From assembly GCA_024638815.1 (NCBI GenBank), contig JAHEJM010000002.1:69330-133329 (forward strand): a stretch of DNA of 64,000 nucleotides. Reading direction: 5' to 3'. A model generated the notes under the pieces. That model was not told the origin of the DNA, made no database searches, and saw only the letters and a program-made list of their open reading frames with translations. Numbering within the stretch: position 1 is the first letter of the stretch; every line of letters starts with the position of its first letter. Of the stretch, positions 9,011-18,545 are shown in pieces. A program made the translations under genes and the position numbers. Origin of the DNA: Acidimicrobiales bacterium (GTDB taxonomy: Bacteria; Actinomycetota; Acidimicrobiia; Acidimicrobiales; SZUA-35).

Positions 9011-10282
9011 ATGGTTCGACCAGACTTCCAGACACCACCGGGAACCCGTGATATCACCGAGCCCGATGCCGGGCGCGTCAGACGGCTGGTCGAGGTATTT
9101 GCCGACGAGGCCGTCACCGCCGGTTTCGGCCAGATCGTCACGCCGATGTTCGAAGACGTCGGGGTGTTCGTTCGTCTCGGTGAGGCCTCCGATGTGGTGT
9201 CGAAGGAGCTCTATTCGTTCAAGGACAAAGGTGGGCGGGAGATCGCCCTACGCCCCGAGTTCACGGCGTCGGTGTGTCGGGCCTTCGCCCAGCACCGTCC
9301 CTTGACGCCGTGGAAGACCTGGTATGTGGGGTCCGGCTTTCGCTACGACAAGCCTCAGAAGGGCCGGTACCGCCAGTTCGAACAGGTCGGGGCGGAGGTT
9401 GTCGGCTCCCACGACCCCGACATCGACACCGAGCTGATAGCCCTGGCCTGGCGGTTCTTCCGGCGTATCGGCCTGGCCGACTTCACCCTGGTCGTCAACT
9501 CACTGGGTGATGCCGGCGACCGGCCTCGCTACCAGGCCGCACTGACCGAGTACCTGGAGGCGAATCGGTCACGTCTCTCGGAGCAGGCTCAGAAGACCAT
9601 GGTGGTCAATCCACTTCGGGTTCTCGATTCGAAGCGAGCGGGTGACGCCGCGGTGGCGGCCGAGGCTCCGGTCATGAGCGACCATCTCTCACCCGAGGCA
9701 ACGGCCGCCTTCGATCGGGTGCTGGCCGGTCTCGATACCCTCGGTATCGACTACCGGGTCGAACCTCGCCTGGTCCGGGGGCTCGACTACTACACCCGCA
9801 CCACGTTCGAGTTCGTGTCCCATTCGCTCGATGCGGCCCAGAATGCGCTGGGAGGCGGCGGGCGTTACGACGGGCTGGTCGAGGCCCTCGGCGGCCCGCC
9901 CGAACCCGGTGTCGGTTTCGCTCTCGGAGTGGATCGAACCTTGTTGGCCTGTGACGAGGAAGGGGTGTTTACTCCGGCCGACGACACCGTTGCCGTCTGG
10001 GTCGTGTGCACCACCGATGATCTGGCCGGGCTGGAGGCGGTGGAGGAGTTACGGTCATCAGGCATTTCGGCCGGCCGGGCCTACGACGGACGGTCGATGA
10101 AGGCCCAGATGAAAGCGGCCAACCGCTCGGGTGCGGAGATCGCCGTCATCATCGGCTCACAGGAGGTCGAAGCGGGTACCGTGGCCGTTCGAACGTTACG
10201 CGACGGCGATCGCTCAGGCGACCAACAACAACAAGTCGATCGCCGGGATCTAGTGAAGAAGGTCAGGTCACTGCTGCCATGA
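9011..10282 (+). CDS. hisS: histidine--tRNA ligase
   Basis: 423 aa with class II aaRS motifs (RPEFTASVCR, FRYDKPQKGRYRQF, GGGRYDGL) and a C-terminal anticodon-binding domain. Confidence 0.95.
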   Translation: MVRPDFQTPPGTRDITEPDAGRVRRLVEVFADEAVTAGFGQIVTPMFEDVGVFVRLGEASDVVSKELYSFKDKGGREIALRPEFTASVCRAFAQHRPLTPWKTWYVGSGFRYDKPQKGRYRQFEQVGAEVVGSHDPDIDTELIALAWRFFRRIGLADFTLVVNSLGDAGDRPRYQAALTEYLEANRSRLSEQAQKTMVVNPLRVLDSKRAGDAAVAAEAPVMSDHLSPEATAAFDRVLAGLDTLGIDYRVEPRLVRGLDYYTRTTFEFVSHSLDAAQNALGGGGRYDGLVEALGGPPEPGVGFALGVDRTLLACDEEGVFTPADDTVAVWVVCTTDDLAGLEAVEELRSSGISAGRAYDGRSMKAQMKAANRSGAEIAVIIGSQEVEAGTVAVRTLRDGDRSGDQQQQVDRRDLVKKVRSLLP

Positions 10283-12015
10283 TGCGCACCAACCTTTGCG
10301 GAGAGCTCACCCAGGCCGACATCGGCCGGACCGTGACCGTGGCCGGCTGGGTCAATCGGCGTCGGGAGCATGGTGAACATCTGGCCTTTGTCGATCTCCG
10401 TGACCACTCCGGAATCGTCCAGTGTGTGGTCGATAACACCGTCGATGTTCGTTCCGAGTACGTCATCACGGTGACCGGGACCGTGAGCCAGCGTCCGGAG
10501 GGCACCGTCAACGAGAACCTGGCCACCGGCCAGATCGAGATCACCGAGGCCGAGGTGACGGTACTGTCGACGGCCGAACCGCCGCCATTCCCGTTGGATG
10601 AACGGGCCGACGACGTCGACGAGATGGTCCGGCTCCGCCACCGCTATCTGGATCTGCGCCGTCCCCGAATGCAGCGCAACCTGCGCATCCGGTCCCAGGT
10701 CAACGCCGCCATCCGGGCCGCCATGGTCGACCAGGGCTTCGTCGAGGTCGAGACTCCGATGCTCATGCCCACCACTCCGGAGGGAGCCCGGGAGTTCATC
10801 GTGCCGTCCCGCCAAAGGCCGGGCACGTTCTTCGCCCTTCCCCAGTCACCCCAGCTGTACAAGCAGCTGCTCATGGTGGGCGGACTCGATCGTTACTTCC
10901 AGATCGCCCGCTGCCTGCGGGACGAGGATTTGCGGGCCGACCGACAGTACGAGTTCATGCAGCTCGATCTGGAGATGAGCTTCGTCGAGGTCGACGACGT
11001 ACTGTCGGCGGTCGAAGTATCGGTGCTGGACGCGGCCGAGGCCGTGACCGGTGTACGGCCCGATCCCATTCCCCGCATGAGTTGGCTTGAGGCCATGAAC
11101 CGCTTCGGTACCGACAAGCCCGATCTTCGATTCGATATGGAATTGGTGGAGCTCACCGACGTCTTCGCCGCCACCGAGTTCAAGGCCTTCGCCTCGGCCG
11201 GGAGCATCAAGGGCATCAACGCCATCGCAGCGGCCGCCGATTGGGGTCGCAACAAGCTGGACGGGCTCACCGACACGGCCAAGTCGTTCGGGGCGAAGGG
11301 CATGGTGTGGCTCAAGGTGGCCGACGACGGCTCGTTCGAATCGCCGGTGGCCAAGTTTCTGTCCGAAACCGAGCAACAGGAGCTGGGTAAGCGGCTGGAG
11401 GCCAACCCGGGTGACCTGCTCCTGCTGATTGCCGATGAATGGCACACGACTTGCGAGGTGCTGGGTGAGCTGCGCAACCGCATGGGTCGCCCCCCGGTCA
11501 GCGAGGGGCCGTTCCGGTATGTGTGGATCGTCGACTTCCCCCTGTTCGTCGGGGTCGATGCCGCCACCGGGCGGCCCAAGGCGGGCCACCACGCCTTCTG
11601 TCATCCCCGTCCCGAGGACATCGACAAGCTCGAATCAGACCCCATGAGCGTGAGGGCCTGGGCCTACGACCTGGTACTCAACGGCTGGGAACTGGGCTCG
11701 GGCAGTATCCGGATACATGACCCCGAGCTTCAGCAGCGGGTGTTCACCCTGCTCGGCATCGGACCGGAGGAGGCCGAGTCTCGGTTCGGCTTCTTCCTCA
11801 ACCCGTTCAAGTACGGAGCGCCACCCCACGGCGGTTTTGCCTACGGCCTGGAGCGGCTGGCCGCCATTCTGGCCGGGGAAGAGAACATCCGGGAGGTTAT
11901 CGCCTTCCCCAAGCCCCAGTCCGGCCTCGACCCCATGACCGGTGCTCCGACCGAGGTGGAGCAATCCCAGCTCCACGAGCTCGGCTTGCGTGTGCTGCCA
12001 CCGCCGGTGGACTGA
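10279..12015 (+). CDS. aspS: aspartate--tRNA ligase
   Basis: 578 aa with an N-terminal OB fold and the motifs QSPQLYKQLLM, FRDEDLRADRQ-like and GGFAYGLERL. An ATGA overlap joins it to hisS. Confidence 0.95.
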   Translation: MMRTNLCGELTQADIGRTVTVAGWVNRRREHGEHLAFVDLRDHSGIVQCVVDNTVDVRSEYVITVTGTVSQRPEGTVNENLATGQIEITEAEVTVLSTAEPPPFPLDERADDVDEMVRLRHRYLDLRRPRMQRNLRIRSQVNAAIRAAMVDQGFVEVETPMLMPTTPEGAREFIVPSRQRPGTFFALPQSPQLYKQLLMVGGLDRYFQIARCLRDEDLRADRQYEFMQLDLEMSFVEVDDVLSAVEVSVLDAAEAVTGVRPDPIPRMSWLEAMNRFGTDKPDLRFDMELVELTDVFAATEFKAFASAGSIKGINAIAAAADWGRNKLDGLTDTAKSFGAKGMVWLKVADDGSFESPVAKFLSETEQQELGKRLEANPGDLLLLIADEWHTTCEVLGELRNRMGRPPVSEGPFRYVWIVDFPLFVGVDAATGRPKAGHHAFCHPRPEDIDKLESDPMSVRAWAYDLVLNGWELGSGSIRIHDPELQQRVFTLLGIGPEEAESRFGFFLNPFKYGAPPHGGFAYGLERLAAILAGEENIREVIAFPKPQSGLDPMTGAPTEVEQSQLHELGLRVLPPPVD

Positions 12016-12069
12016 AGGCGCCCAATCACTGATGACATCGATGTCGCCCGGTCCGGTTCGGTCGACGTG

Positions 12070-12819
12070 CTACCAACGGATGGCGGCGTCAGCCTCGCCA
12101 CCGATCCACACCTCCAGTGCGGTGTCGGTTGGAGATGCCTGGTCATAGGGCCTGGTTTCGCCGTCGTCGGCCACCACGGTCCCGGCCTCAGGCACGATCC
12201 TCATGTGTAGCACGTCATGGCCTCGTCGAGCGACGGCCTGATCCAGGCCCATCGGTTCGATGGAGTAGCCGAGCTTGACCAGCTCGTCGGCGAACTCGGT
12301 TCCCACATCCTCCGGGTTCGAATGCGGGCTCAGGTAGACGGCCCGCCGCACCTTGTTGCCGAGGTCCACGGGTTGGAGGTCGTAGGGCAGCTCGATGTCG
12401 GCCAGTAGGTCGGCCACAGACTCGCCGCTCGACGGCGTCGGGGTGAGTCCGACACCGAGCGCGGTCGACACCAGGGCGCGATCGTCATGATCGGGCCCGG
12501 CCGGCTCACGATCACCACCGACGGCCGGACCATCGTCCTCGTCGTCGAGGCCCTCGTCGTCGCCGGACGGTTGCCGGGTCGGGCTTATTCCCCCCAGGAC
12601 CACGGTGTCGCTGGAATCGGGACTCCGGTCGGGGTTGACCGGCTGAGGCATATCGGCTTCGTCCTCGGTCCCCATGTCGGTCGGCGGGCCGAGCGTGGTC
12701 GAGCCGCCGAGCGTGGTCTTCGGCTCGGATCGGCGCCGCAACAGCCACATCAGCACCATGGCCACGGTGATGCCGATCCACAGATACAACAGCAGGGTGA
12801 GGACGGTCCGCCCGTTCAT
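12070..12819 (-). CDS. hypothetical single-pass membrane protein with an acidic linker
   Basis: 249 aa. A good SD (GGGGAG) lies 4 nt before ATG 12819. The product has an N-terminal TM helix (TVLTLLLYLWIGITVAMVLMWLL), a D/E/G/P-rich linker and a C-terminal globular part of unknown family. Confidence 0.6.
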   Translation of the reverse strand: MNGRTVLTLLLYLWIGITVAMVLMWLLRRRSEPKTTLGGSTTLGPPTDMGTEDEADMPQPVNPDRSPDSSDTVVLGGISPTRQPSGDDEGLDDEDDGPAVGGDREPAGPDHDDRALVSTALGVGLTPTPSSGESVADLLADIELPYDLQPVDLGNKVRRAVYLSPHSNPEDVGTEFADELVKLGYSIEPMGLDQAVARRGHDVLHMRIVPEAGTVVADDGETRPYDQASPTDTALEVWIGGEADAAIRW

Positions 12820-12870
12820 GATCGTCTCCCCGACGGCATCAGGTCGTGGGCGGGGATAGCGTGAAGGGTC

Positions 12871-14244
12871 ATGCCTGCCGACGATCTCTTCGCCGCCGCC
12901 GCCGAGGAGCGGTTGGCCACCCGGTCACCGTTGGCCAATCGGCTGCGGCCGCAGCGGCTTGACGACGTTGTCGGCCAGCCCCACCTACTCGGGGCTGATG
13001 GAGCCTTGCGTCGTCTGGTGGCGGCGGATCGGTTGTCATCGGTCATCTTCTGGGGCCCTCCCGGCACGGGCAAAACCACACTCGCCCGTCTTGTTGCCTC
13101 GGCATCGTCCAAGGAGTTCGTTCAGCTATCGGCCGTCAACGCCAGCGTAAAAGACGTGCGTGACGTCATTGCCACTGCCGAGCAGACTCTTGGCGCCCAT
13201 GGTCGAGGCACAATTCTATTTCTAGACGAGGTCCACCGGTTCAACAAGGCGCAGCAGGATGCATTGTTGCCGGCCGTCGAGTCGGGCGTCCTGGTTCTGA
13301 TCGGTGCCACCACCGAGAATCCCTTCTTTGAAGTCAATGCCCCGCTCCGCAGTCGGTCCACCCTGTTCCGCCTGGACCCGCTGGACGACGAAGCTCTGTT
13401 CACCCTGTTACATCGGGGTCTCGAGCTCGAGGGTGCGACTGCCGCCGACGAGGCGCTTCGCCATTTGGCCGCCCGGGCTTCCGGCGACGGACGCCAGGCC
13501 CTGACCACCCTAGAGGTTGCCGTGGCCCTGGCCCATGCCCGGGCCACGGACGACATCGGCGACACCGGGCCCGACACCGCCTCGGTACCTGAAGGGCCCT
13601 TGGTGGTCGGGTTGGTCGACGCCGAATCGGCCACCGATCTCAAGGCGCTTCGCTACGGCCGCGACGAGCACTACGATGTGATCAGCGCCTTCATCAAGAG
13701 CATCCGGGGTGGCGATTCCGACGCTGCGCTGTATTGGCTGGCACGCATGCTGAGCGCCGGTGAGGATCCTCGATTCATCGCCCGGCGTCTGGTCATCGCC
13801 GCCTCGGAGGATATCGGCCTGGCCGATCCCGCCGCCCTCCCGATGGCCATCGCGGCCGCTCAGGCCGTCGATTTCGTCGGTCTGCCCGAGGCCCGCATCA
13901 ATCTGGCCCACGCCACCGTCCACCTGGCGACGTCACCCAAGTCCAATTCGGCCTACGTCGGTCTCAACCGGGCCATGGAGGATGTTCAGGATCTTCCGGC
14001 CGGCGAGGTCCCACCCCATCTTCGGGACGCTTCGTACCGAGGGGCGGCATCACTCGGCCACGGCCGGGGCTACCGGTATCCTCATGACCATTCCCACGGA
14101 TGGGTCGAGCAACAGTATCTGCCGGACGAAGTGTCCGAGCACCGCTATTACGTGCCCACCGTGCGGGATCGGCCGGATCTGCCGTCCGGCCGCCCGGTCC
14201 CACAGCAATCCGACGACGGGCTGACCAAAGGGGAGCATCAGTGA
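12871..14244 (+). CDS. rarA: replication-associated recombination protein A (AAA+ ATPase)
   Basis: Walker A GPPGTGKTT, Walker B ILFLDEVHRFNK, and the MgsA C-terminal region (HYDVISAFIKSIRGGD, RFIARRL). Confidence 0.92.
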   Translation: MPADDLFAAAAEERLATRSPLANRLRPQRLDDVVGQPHLLGADGALRRLVAADRLSSVIFWGPPGTGKTTLARLVASASSKEFVQLSAVNASVKDVRDVIATAEQTLGAHGRGTILFLDEVHRFNKAQQDALLPAVESGVLVLIGATTENPFFEVNAPLRSRSTLFRLDPLDDEALFTLLHRGLELEGATAADEALRHLAARASGDGRQALTTLEVAVALAHARATDDIGDTGPDTASVPEGPLVVGLVDAESATDLKALRYGRDEHYDVISAFIKSIRGGDSDAALYWLARMLSAGEDPRFIARRLVIAASEDIGLADPAALPMAIAAAQAVDFVGLPEARINLAHATVHLATSPKSNSAYVGLNRAMEDVQDLPAGEVPPHLRDASYRGAASLGHGRGYRYPHDHSHGWVEQQYLPDEVSEHRYYVPTVRDRPDLPSGRPVPQQSDDGLTKGEHQ

Positions 14245-14669
14245 CAGTCACCGACTTCGCCGCCATCATTGTGGCCATCGCCGTTGTAGTGGCGGCGGTC
14301 TTCCTGATCACCGCGGTCAACAACCTCAACAACACTCTGGCCAAACTGGAGGACACCGCGACCCAACTCCGCAGCGAGGGAATCGCCGCCTTTCAGGAAC
14401 TTCGTCAGCTGGTGGCTGACGCCGACGCCGAGCTGGACAAGGTCGACATTGTGCTCGACCGGGCTGATCAGGCCACCACGGCCATCAGCGAAACGACCAG
14501 ACGCACGCATGATGCGGTGCAGGACCCCGTCATCCGAACCCTGGCCGTTGCCTCCGGCACCGGCCGCGTGGCGCGGCGCTGGTTGCGTTCCCGTCGAGGC
14601 GGTGGTCGCGGCGCGCTGGAGTCGGGACGACGTGGAACGTTCGGCCACAACGGATCGGGTCGCCGATGA
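14241..14669 (+). CDS. DUF948-like small membrane-anchored coiled-coil protein
   Basis: GTG 14241 overlaps the rarA stop (GTGA). The product has an N-terminal TM (FAAIIVAIAVVVAAVFLI) followed by a helical region typical of DUF948 proteins. Confidence 0.6.
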   Translation: MTVTDFAAIIVAIAVVVAAVFLITAVNNLNNTLAKLEDTATQLRSEGIAAFQELRQLVADADAELDKVDIVLDRADQATTAISETTRRTHDAVQDPVIRTLAVASGTGRVARRWLRSRRGGGRGALESGRRGTFGHNGSGRR

Positions 14670-15304
14670 TGGTGCGATGGCTGGCCCGATTCGTGGTCCG
14701 TCGCCTTCGCTGGGTGGCTCTGGTCTCGGCGTTACGGGCCCTGGTCCGGCGGTCGGCCGGTCGATCGGTGGATCAGGCCTCCGACGAGCTCAAGGATCGG
14801 CTGCCGGACAACGTGGTCCAGGCGCTGTCGACCATGCCCGGCGATCCGCTGCGGGTCGGCGGTTCGGCGCTGGCCACGTCTCGGGGAGCCAGGTCGGCGT
14901 ATCGAGCATCACGTCGGGCCACAGGCTCGGTGTCCCGGGTGGCCGGGCGAGTGTCCGGCAGCACCCGCGCCGTCCGCCGGATTCCCGGCCGGTTCATCGA
15001 TCAGGTTCGCCAAGAGAGCAAACGTGATCAACGCCTCCTGTGGTCCGAGTACCGACGGGCCGAGGGTGACCTCCGGGCCGCCGATGAGCTGCTGCTGGAT
15101 CGACTCGATCCTGCCGGCGCGCGGGGCGAGGAGGATCCACTACCGGAGATTCCCGAGGCCGTGCCAACGGGCCGGTTTCGTTCGGTCAACGAGCCGCCAC
15201 CGCCGGTGAATCGACGGCTCCGCACCTACCGCCGCCCGGTCAAGCCGTGGGACCGGCCGAGGCGGGCATCTCGGCGGACCGGCCGATCGCATCTCGACCG
15301 TTGA
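14666..15304 (+). CDS. hypothetical arginine-rich protein
   Basis: 212 codons with high GC3 in this frame and an ATGA overlap with the preceding gene. No family recognised. Confidence 0.5.
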   Translation: MMVRWLARFVVRRLRWVALVSALRALVRRSAGRSVDQASDELKDRLPDNVVQALSTMPGDPLRVGGSALATSRGARSAYRASRRATGSVSRVAGRVSGSTRAVRRIPGRFIDQVRQESKRDQRLLWSEYRRAEGDLRAADELLLDRLDPAGARGEEDPLPEIPEAVPTGRFRSVNEPPPPVNRRLRTYRRPVKPWDRPRRASRRTGRSHLDR

Positions 15305-15417
15305 CCGGACCGTAATCCCGACTCCGGCTGGGCGTCGCCGGTGGGTCCGGTCGCAGGTTACGAACCGGCCGGAATCGTCGGCGCCGATTCGTCTGCGGCG
15401 GTAGCCTGGTTTTCATC

Positions 15418-18003
15418 ATGGAAGCCAACGAGCTACGCAAGGCCTTTGTCGATTTTTTCGTGGAGCGGGACCACCAGCACCTGGCCTCGGCCAGCTTGAT
15501 CCCCCACGATCAGACGCTGCTGTTCGTCAACTCGGGCATGGTGCCGTTCAAGCCCTATTTCATCGGTGAGCAGAAGCCGGAGCACAACCGGGCGGTCACG
15601 GTCCAGAAGTGTGTTCGGGCCGGAGGGAAACACAACGATCTCGATGAGGTGGGTCGCACCGCCCGCCATCTCACCTTTTTCGAGATGATGGGCAACTTCA
15701 GCTTCGGCGACTATTTCAAGGACGAGGCTATTCCCATGGCCTGGGAGTTCGTCACCGAGGCGCTCGGCCTCGACACCGAGCGCCTGTGGGTTACCGTCCA
15801 CCTGAGCGATGACGAGGCGGCCGGAATCTGGGAGCAGATTGTCGGGGTTCCGGCCGAACGAATCCAGCGGCTGGACGAGGACAACTGGTGGCGCATGGCC
15901 GACACCGGTCCCAACGGCCCCTGTTCGGAGATCTTCTGGGACAAAGGACCGGACTACGGCCCCGAGGGCGGGCCGCTCAACCCCGAGGCCGACGAGCGCT
16001 ATGTCGAGATCTGGAATCTCGTGTTCATGCAGTTCGAGACCGATGAGTCGGGGGAGTCCAAGCCGCTGCCCAAGCCCTCGATCGACACCGGCGCCGGCCT
16101 GGAGCGCATCCTGGCGGTACTCCAGGGCAAGGACTCGGTGTTCGAGATCGACGAGATGGCCCGGCTGATAGAGGTGGCGGAGTCGGTGACCGGCTATCAC
16201 CTCGGTCACGACGAGAAGTCCGATCTTGCCCTGCGGGTGCTGGCCGAGCACGCCCGAACCATGACCTTCCTCATCAGCGACGGTGTGTTCCCCTCCAACG
16301 AGGATCGGGGCTACGTGTTGCGCCGCATCATGCGCCGGGCCGTTCGCTTCGCCTACCTCCTCGGTGTCGAGGATCTCGTCTGCGGGCGGCTGGTCGATGC
16401 GGTGGTCGAGATCATGGGCTCCGATTATCCCGAACTGGTCACCACCCACGACCTGGTCCGTTCGGTGGTGGAGCGGGAGGAGACCCAGTTCCGCAAGACG
16501 CTGGCAACCGGCTCGGCCATTCTCGATGAGCACTTGGCCGACCTGCCTGAGGGTGGCGTGCTTCCCGGCTCGGTGGCCTTCCTGCTTCACGACACCTATG
16601 GTTTCCCGTTCGAGGTCACGGCCGAGGTGGTGGCCGAGCGGGGCTACGACGTGGATCGGGCCGGCTTCGACGAGGCCATGGAGGAGCAGCGGGCCCGGGC
16701 CAAGGCGGCCCGCAAGGGCGCGGTCCAGGCCGCCGATTTCGAACAGGTTCAGGCCCTGGTCGAGTCGAACGGGCTCACCGAGTTCGTCGGGCGCGACGAG
16801 CTGACTGACGTCGACGCCACGGTTCTGCTGGTCACCGGGTTGGGTACCTCCACCGTGTCGGCCTTCTTCGACCGCACCCCATTCTATGCCGAGTCGGGCG
16901 GCCAGATCGGCGACACCGGCATCATCGAGACCGAAACGGGCCGAGCCCGCGTCCTCGATACCATGTACGCCGTACCCGGTGTGCATCGCCACCTCATCGA
17001 GATCATCGACGGGGAGATCCGGCCCGGACAGCGGGCCACACTGAGTATCGACACCGAGCGCCGGGACGCCATCCGGCGCAACCATACCGGAACCCATCTC
17101 CTCCATTGGGCCCTACGAGAGGTGCTGGGTGACCACGTCAAGCAACAGGGCTCGATGGTCGGCCCCGATCGTCTCCGGTTCGACTTCAGCCATTTCGAAC
17201 CCTTGACCGACGACGAGATCACCCGTATCGAGGATGTGGTGAACCAGCAGGTGCTGGCCAATCCGGTGACCGAGCATCCCGAGATGACCAAGGCGGAGGC
17301 CGAGGCCATCGGCGCCGTCGCCTTCTTCGGTGACAAGTACGGTGATTTGGTTCGGGTTCTGAAGGCCGGTCCGACCCTCGAGTTCTGCGGTGGAACCCAC
17401 GTCGGCGCACTGGGCGACATCGGTCTGATGAAGATCGTGTCCGAGGGCTCGATCGGATCCAATCTTCGCCGGGTCGAGGCCGTGACCGGTGCCGGCGCCA
17501 TCGACCTGCTCCGGCGGGAGCAGAAGACCCTGGCCCGGGCGGCCGAGCGGCTGAACGTACCCAGAGGGGAGGTGCTCGGCGGGTTGGACAAGCGCCTTGA
17601 CGAACTCGACGACCTGAAGACCCAGGTTCGCACGCTGCGGGGCCGTTTGGCCAAGGACCGGGCGCGGGAGCTGGCGTCCACTGCCGTGGAAGGGGTGGTC
17701 GTGGCCCGGATCGACGACCTGTCACGGGATGAGCTGAAGGATCTCGCCGTGGCCGTCCGCACCCATGATGACGTGGCTGCGGTGGTTCTCGGCGGGGTTC
17801 CCGACAGTGGGGGAGCGGCGCTGGTGGCGGCGGTGAACCCCGACAGTCCCTTCGGGGCGGGAGATCTGATCGCCGAGGGGGCCAAGGCCATCAAGGGTGG
17901 AGGTGGCCGGGGTGACGATTTGGCCATGGCCGGGGGCAAGGACCCGGATGGCATCGACCAGGCCCTCGAGCTGGCCCGCCGAGCGGCTGGGATCGGCTCC
18001 TGA
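15418..18003 (+). CDS. alaS: alanine--tRNA ligase
   Basis: 861 aa containing FTNSGM-like VNSGMVPFKPYF, the editing-domain HTGTHLLH motif and a C-terminal DHHA1-like region. Confidence 0.96.
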   Translation: MEANELRKAFVDFFVERDHQHLASASLIPHDQTLLFVNSGMVPFKPYFIGEQKPEHNRAVTVQKCVRAGGKHNDLDEVGRTARHLTFFEMMGNFSFGDYFKDEAIPMAWEFVTEALGLDTERLWVTVHLSDDEAAGIWEQIVGVPAERIQRLDEDNWWRMADTGPNGPCSEIFWDKGPDYGPEGGPLNPEADERYVEIWNLVFMQFETDESGESKPLPKPSIDTGAGLERILAVLQGKDSVFEIDEMARLIEVAESVTGYHLGHDEKSDLALRVLAEHARTMTFLISDGVFPSNEDRGYVLRRIMRRAVRFAYLLGVEDLVCGRLVDAVVEIMGSDYPELVTTHDLVRSVVEREETQFRKTLATGSAILDEHLADLPEGGVLPGSVAFLLHDTYGFPFEVTAEVVAERGYDVDRAGFDEAMEEQRARAKAARKGAVQAADFEQVQALVESNGLTEFVGRDELTDVDATVLLVTGLGTSTVSAFFDRTPFYAESGGQIGDTGIIETETGRARVLDTMYAVPGVHRHLIEIIDGEIRPGQRATLSIDTERRDAIRRNHTGTHLLHWALREVLGDHVKQQGSMVGPDRLRFDFSHFEPLTDDEITRIEDVVNQQVLANPVTEHPEMTKAEAEAIGAVAFFGDKYGDLVRVLKAGPTLEFCGGTHVGALGDIGLMKIVSEGSIGSNLRRVEAVTGAGAIDLLRREQKTLARAAERLNVPRGEVLGGLDKRLDELDDLKTQVRTLRGRLAKDRARELASTAVEGVVVARIDDLSRDELKDLAVAVRTHDDVAAVVLGGVPDSGGAALVAAVNPDSPFGAGDLIAEGAKAIKGGGGRGDDLAMAGGKDPDGIDQALELARRAAGIGS

Positions 18004-18025
18004 CCGGCGACGGAGCCCTACGCCC

Positions 18026-18484
18026 TTGAGGGATCACGTCGACACCGGGTTCCCTGAACACGGTCGGGTTCTGGCGCTCGACCTCGGTGACCGTCGGATC
18101 GGTGTGGCCGTGTGCGATGAGGCCCGACTCGTGGCCACCCCGTATGAGACGGTCAACCGAATGGGCGACCGTCCCCGGGAACATGACCGTCTCGAGGCCC
18201 TGGTCGACGAGACCGGCGCCACGATGATCGTGGTCGGTCTGCCGATGTCGCTGGACGGCAACCTTGGCCCCGCTGCCCGCAAGGTCCTGTCCGAGGTCAA
18301 GGCCTTGCGGCGGCGATTGGCGCCCCGCAGGATCTCCGTGGTCACCCAGGACGAGCGCCACTCGACCACGACCGCCGCCGACTCGCTGCGGCGGCAGGGG
18401 GTTCGAGGCCGTGATCGACGGGAGATGATCGATCAAGTGGCGGCCTCGGTTGTTCTCCAGCATTGGATCGACGGACGGGGTTGA
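18026..18484 (+). CDS. ruvX: Holliday junction resolvase-like protein RuvX (YqgF)
   Basis: Contains VLALDLGDRRIGVAVCD and DERHSTTTA (YqgF motifs). TTG 18026 is the first in-frame start after the alaS stop. The 17897 start lies inside alaS. Confidence 0.82.
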   Translation: MRDHVDTGFPEHGRVLALDLGDRRIGVAVCDEARLVATPYETVNRMGDRPREHDRLEALVDETGATMIVVGLPMSLDGNLGPAARKVLSEVKALRRRLAPRRISVVTQDERHSTTTAADSLRRQGVRGRDRREMIDQVAASVVLQHWIDGRG

Positions 18485-18545
18485 CGCCCGGCTGCATTTG
18501 CCCGATTGCCGCCGCAGGTCGGCAACCTACCTCTAGCATGGCAGG

